A DNA stretch of 64,000 nt from Candidatus Obscuribacteraceae bacterium (GTDB taxonomy: Bacteria; Cyanobacteriota; Vampirovibrionia; Obscuribacterales; Obscuribacteraceae). Below are positions 59,743 to 64,000 of this stretch, one piece after another (position 1 is the first letter of the stretch; each line of letters opens with the position of its first letter). The stretch is taken from NCBI GenBank assembly GCA_044226015.1, contig JBGAHS010000002.1, positions 160,001 to 224,000 of the forward strand. The letters are read 5' to 3'. A program made the position numbers and the translations under genes. Under the pieces are notes generated by a model. It ran no database searches and was not told where the DNA came from. It saw only the letters and a list, made by a program, of their open reading frames with translations.

Positions 59743-59843
59743 CTTCGGCTCCTTGAAAACGCACTGTGCTCTGCTGCTCAAAATATCACATTATGGGTCT
59801 TTTCTACACTTAGTGCAGCGCAATGTAGATTTGCATTAGCTCA

Positions 59844-60962
59844 TCATATTTTTCTCTTGAAATTCATTTTCTTACTGGTCTTGAGATTTGGTTTTTCCGT
59901 ATTGACTGGTGGAGCATCCTCATCTGCCGGAGCGTCTCCCAATTCTTCAGGAGCAGGCGCTTCACTGCTTCTTCTTGCAAAAGATGCAACCTGACCGCTA
60001 CGCTTCTGTCCACTGGGAAGCGGATCATACTCCTTCTCCTCCTTTGCGCTGTCAGCAATCGCAGTCGACAATGCATGAGAGAACTTGAGTTCACTGAGCT
60101 GGAATTTTCTTCGGGCCGCATCTTCTTCATCACTGATGATGTCAGAAGTCATAACGCTCATAACATTACTATCAATCGGACACTTCGGGTTTAACTTTCC
60201 GAGCAATCCAAAGAGTGGCACGCCAAGGAAGCAGGGAATTTTAACGGCCCTGACCTGGCGTCCTTGATGCTCAGCAAGCTGAGTAATCAGAGCATTCAAG
60301 TCGAGAACTTCAGGACCTGCCAACTCATATATTTTATTGACTGTTTCTCTGTCGTAAACTGAAGAGGATATGCAGTTTGCAACATCATCAGCACAGATTG
60401 GCTGAAAGCGATTTAAGCCGCTTCCAACCATCAAAATAATTGGTGAACGCTGAATCCAAAACTCCAGAATTCGATAGAGGTTGTAGTATTTTCCTTGATC
60501 GAATATCAATGACGGGCGAAAAATCGTCCAGTACAAGCCCGAACTCTTCACCAGTTCATCGGCTTCCCATTTACACCCTAAATAAAGATTGGTGGCATGC
60601 TCAGTGGCACCAAGGCAGCTCAATTGAATGAAACGCTGTACACCAGCCGCCTTACCCTGAGCTATCAAATTGCGAACACCTTCGATGTTTACTTCCTCAA
60701 TATCTTCTTCAGGTCCACTGCGCATAACGCCCGCACAGTTGATAATGCACTTAACACCTTCCATTGCGCGCCTGATTGCAGCTTCACTGCGAATGTCGCC
60801 AACCATCACATCGACGCCGCGACGACGAAATGCTGGAAGCACGCTGCCTTCCCAGTCACTCTTTCCTCTTGCGATTGCACGAACCTTGTTTTGTGGGTTA
60901 GCTAAAAGCTTATCTATGACCTTGCGGCCAACAGTTCCGGTTGCTCCAACAACTAGAATCAT
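59844..60962 (-). CDS. NAD(P)-binding atypical SDR, NDUFA9-like
   Basis: GATGTVG, Y...K, WTIFRPS, FQPI..DDVA, YELAGPE. Confidence 0.88.
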   Translation of the reverse strand: MILVVGATGTVGRKVIDKLLANPQNKVRAIARGKSDWEGSVLPAFRRRGVDVMVGDIRSEAAIRRAMEGVKCIINCAGVMRSGPEEDIEEVNIEGVRNLIAQGKAAGVQRFIQLSCLGATEHATNLYLGCKWEADELVKSSGLYWTIFRPSLIFDQGKYYNLYRILEFWIQRSPIILMVGSGLNRFQPICADDVANCISSSVYDRETVNKIYELAGPEVLDLNALITQLAEHQGRQVRAVKIPCFLGVPLFGLLGKLNPKCPIDSNVMSVMTSDIISDEEDAARRKFQLSELKFSHALSTAIADSAKEEKEYDPLPSGQKRSGQVASFARRSSEAPAPEELGDAPADEDAPPVNTEKPNLKTSKKMNFKRKI

Positions 60963-60967
60963 CGTCC

Positions 60968-62602
60968 TTAGAAGCCACCAAATCTCATACCGCCGCCACC
61001 AAATCCGAAATTCATGCCACCACCCATTCCACCGAATGGTGACATCGGAGAAAGACCGCTATTGAAGCCACCATACATCGGAGTTGTGTAAGTCTGGCGC
61101 CTGGTTACGACAGCTCCGGTCATTGGGTCTATCAGGGTTCCAGTGTATTGATCTAAAAGCAAACCAGTAGAGGGGTCAGTAACAAGATTTCCTGGGGTAA
61201 CTGAGTATGAGCCTGTGTAGCCGCCTCCGAGTGCATTTCCCAACCCATTGATTAGCTTAGAAAGACCACCAGGTCCTTTCTGTTGCTGTTGCATTTGCTG
61301 CATTTGTGTCAGCGGACCAGGTCCATTGAAATCAAGATCGGGAAAGTCAGGGTCTTTCTTTCTGCGCTGTGGAGCAGGTTCTGGCATTCCGCCCGAAGTA
61401 GGCACAGCAGCCAGCAATCTGGACATGCGCTGCGGCAGACTCGAATTCAGCGCCGGTTTATCGGTTGGAAACACCGTGGACTCAAGCCTATTGAGACGAG
61501 TCAAGATAGTTTCTTGCTTGTCTTTATCGTAGGTTTTGTTGAAAACTTCTTTTTCCAGCATCGCAAGTTGCTGGCTGACTCCCATCGCAGGAGCAGGAGC
61601 AGCGCTGGCAGAACCACCGCGATAATCAGGAGCAGATGGAGGCATGCCACCAGCAGCTCCACCGCCGCCATACGAGCCGCCGCCGCCGTAAGAACCAGAA
61701 CCTGAGCCATAAGTTCCAGACGAATAATTGTTCGCAGTGGAACCAGACCCATAGGATCCGCCACCATATGAGCCACCACCATAGCTTCCACCCTGTCCAC
61801 CACCAGAATACGGATCGTAACTGGGGCGTGGACGATTATATGAGTTGAGCGCTTGCTGCTTTCTGAAGTTACGTTGGTTAGCCGGGTCGTCGCCTGCAAT
61901 TCCCGTAAATGGAGTGACGCCGCCGTTGGCAGTGCTATCCTCTTCCTCATCAGCCCACTCGCTGCCAGAGGGCTTAACTTTGGCAACGTCAACGCCCGTT
62001 GCACCTTTGAGCCTGTCAACACGATCGAGCAAGTCTTCGGAGGAAGAGGTCTTTCCGAACGCCTTAATTTCAAGGCGATCAAGCCTTTTGCCTACTTTCT
62101 CTCCAATAAAGTCTCGTCCTAAAAGCTTCTTCTCGATCGCTGTTACAGCTGGGTAACTACTGTCGTTGGCTATATTGTCAGCTTCGTCATCCTTTGAAGT
62201 GTCAGCAATCGGAGCCGCCGGCTGACTCATTTTACGAGGAGGCGCCGGTGTAGAAGACTGAGTCGGCGGAGTGCTGCTGGTCGCGGGAGCTGTAGCGCTG
62301 GGCGCGTCCAGGTTCGGCACCAGAGCGAGCAAAGCCTTTACTCGCTCTTCATTTGAGCCAGTACGAGCCTCACCCATTATCAACTTTTCCAGTCGATCAA
62401 TTCGCTCGGCGGGCTCGTCCTTGGAGAAATCGTGTTGAAAGTACTTGTCTTCAAGCTTGCTCAAATTGCTATTGAGACCGTCATCTGCGTAGCAAAGGTT
62501 AAAAGCAAAGCCAAGAGAACTCAGCGCTAAACTCAGCGCAACACAGCCGAAAAGCTGCTTAGACCTGACCGTTATTCCTTTTAATTTCGAGCTTTTGCTC
62601 AT
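60968..62602 (-). CDS. Secreted protein with repeated helical RL.RLE modules and Gly/Met-rich regions
   Basis: Signal peptide; ERIDRLEK, KRLDRLEI, DRVDRLK, TRLNRLES repeats. Confidence 0.8.
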   Translation of the reverse strand: MSKSSKLKGITVRSKQLFGCVALSLALSSLGFAFNLCYADDGLNSNLSKLEDKYFQHDFSKDEPAERIDRLEKLIMGEARTGSNEERVKALLALVPNLDAPSATAPATSSTPPTQSSTPAPPRKMSQPAAPIADTSKDDEADNIANDSSYPAVTAIEKKLLGRDFIGEKVGKRLDRLEIKAFGKTSSSEDLLDRVDRLKGATGVDVAKVKPSGSEWADEEEDSTANGGVTPFTGIAGDDPANQRNFRKQQALNSYNRPRPSYDPYSGGGQGGSYGGGSYGGGSYGSGSTANNYSSGTYGSGSGSYGGGGSYGGGGAAGGMPPSAPDYRGGSASAAPAPAMGVSQQLAMLEKEVFNKTYDKDKQETILTRLNRLESTVFPTDKPALNSSLPQRMSRLLAAVPTSGGMPEPAPQRRKKDPDFPDLDFNGPGPLTQMQQMQQQQKGPGGLSKLINGLGNALGGGYTGSYSVTPGNLVTDPSTGLLLDQYTGTLIDPMTGAVVTRRQTYTTPMYGGFNSGLSPMSPFGGMGGGMNFGFGGGGMRFGGF

Positions 62603-62910
62603 TTTCGTATTCCAGAGCTTGTTAAAACGCAACGCGAGTAAACTCAATTTTAGAGGCGGCAATGCCATATTACCATGGCGTCAAGAAGGGAAATAGCTCC
62701 TTTACCCTGATTTGGCAAGTGAAACCGCCGTTATTGCCTTTTCCGAAGTAAATGAGTCTTCATGCTGCATGACATTCTAAGAAGCCAAACAACCAATTCT
62801 GCATAAAATTTCAGTAGGAAGCAATGAAATATGAGACGACTTGCAGACAGCGATGTTTCCATTTGATAGACAATATTTCCTGAATTTTGAACGCTGCGTT
62901 GCGAAGGAGT

Positions 62911-64000
62911 ATGACATTGCCAGGGCAAGCAAAAGTAACTATTGACGGCAATTCACTGAGCCTGGAAGGGCTGCAAAGCCTGGCCCGAAATGAGGCAAGA
63001 GCTGAGCTTTCACCAGAGGCTGTGGTTCAGATAGTTGAGAGCAGAAAAGTAGTTGATGCCGCACTATCTTCCCAGAAGGCAGTTTATGGAATCAGCACGG
63101 GCTTCGGCAAATTCAAAGATATATTCATCAAGCCAGAGGATCGCAAACGTTTGCAGACAAATCTGGTTTTGAGCCACGCGGCTGGCGTAGGTCCAATTTT
63201 TGAAACTGAGATAAGCCGCTCGCTTCTTGCTTTGAGAGCAAATGCGCTGGCAAAGGGGTTTTCAGGCGTACGCAAAGAGCTTGTCGATTTGCTTCTCGAC
63301 TGCCTAAACAATGGAATTCACCCCCTGATTCCTGAGCAAGGTTCACTTGGAGCCAGCGGAGATCTTGCACCTCTTTCCCATCTTGCACTTGTTCTGATTG
63401 GCAAAGGTCGGGCTGAATACAGAGGCGAAATCATGACAGGACAAGCTGCATTGGCGGCAGCTGGTCTCAGTCCAATTGAGCTGGAAGCAAAAGAGGGGCT
63501 CGCCCTCACTAATGGCACTCAATTGATGTCAGCAATGGGAGTGCAGTTGATTCTCGAAGCAGAATATCTTGCCAAACTAGCAGACATTATTGGTGCGATG
63601 TCACTTGAAGCACAACTTGGTTCACCCAGCGCGTTCTCTGAAAAAATCCAACAGGTCAGACCTCACCGCGGACAAATAGACTCAGCTTCAAATCTCAGAC
63701 GCTTGCTCGCTAACAGCGAAATTGTAGAGAGCCACAAAGATTGTGGCATGGTCCAAGATGCATACTCTTTGCGCTGCATGCCGCAGGTACACGGGGCAAG
63801 CAGACAGGCTACAAAACACGCCCGCGAAGTCTTCGAAATCGAAATAAACTCATCAACCGATAACCCACTCGTTTTTGCAGATGACATCATATCTGGTGGC
63901 AACTTCCACGGACAACCACTGGCAATTGTTTTGGACTATCTGGCTATCGCAATAGCAGAACTCGCCAATATATCGGAGCGCCGAACCGAGCGCTTAGTCA
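62911..64000 (+). CDS. hutH: Histidine ammonia-lyase (3' end outside window; absent from ORF track)
   Basis: AAGGAG then ATG 62911; VYGISTGFG, QTNLVLSHAAGVG, GSLGASGDLAPL (MIO Ala-Ser-Gly), KEGLALTNGT, QDAYSLRC.PQVHG, GGNFHGQP. Confidence 0.93.
   Translation, partial: MTLPGQAKVTIDGNSLSLEGLQSLARNEARAELSPEAVVQIVESRKVVDAALSSQKAVYGISTGFGKFKDIFIKPEDRKRLQTNLVLSHAAGVGPIFETEISRSLLALRANALAKGFSGVRKELVDLLLDCLNNGIHPLIPEQGSLGASGDLAPLSHLALVLIGKGRAEYRGEIMTGQAALAAAGLSPIELEAKEGLALTNGTQLMSAMGVQLILEAEYLAKLADIIGAMSLEAQLGSPSAFSEKIQQVRPHRGQIDSASNLRRLLANSEIVESHKDCGMVQDAYSLRCMPQVHGASRQATKHAREVFEIEINSSTDNPLVFADDIISGGNFHGQPLAIVLDYLAIAIAELANISERRTERLV

Overview
A 64-kb chromosomal window with no recognisable mobile element, CRISPR array or rRNA. 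It probably comes from a non-photosynthetic Cyanobacteriota (Vampirovibrionia/'Melainabacteria', Obscuribacterales-like). That taxonomy is an inference from an RRM RNA-binding protein, an NtcA-like Crp regulator, a complex I operon without nuoEFG, and the style of the hypothetical proteins. Housekeeping content: nuoB-C-D-H-I-J-K (several subunits carry unusual extensions), a delta-9-type desaturase, otsA, ribE-ribBA-ribH, an SDR, ubiX-rimM, lnt, recA, a Crp/Fnr regulator, tRNA-Arg(CCG), a MIP channel, an NDUFA9-like protein and hutH (runs off the end). The main feature is an envelope-machine region of about 30 kb (22.3-51.4 kb, plus a satellite gene at 11.2-14.4 kb). It encodes a PrgI/VirB3-like protein, a VirB4-family ATPase, two bitopic VirB8-like candidates, three very large VirB6/TrbL-like membrane proteins with low-complexity tails, two TadE-like and two TadG-like pilins, a lipoprotein, Gly-rich secreted proteins, two TPR proteins and a TrbI/VirB10-like protein. 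No relaxase, coupling protein or integrase is visible. The VirB4 frame is broken by two adjacent in-frame TAA codons between Walker A and Walker B. Separately, a 43-bp promoter/operator element is duplicated upstream of a ribbon-helix-helix gene and the neighbouring desaturase. All family calls come from motif recognition by eye; no searches were run.
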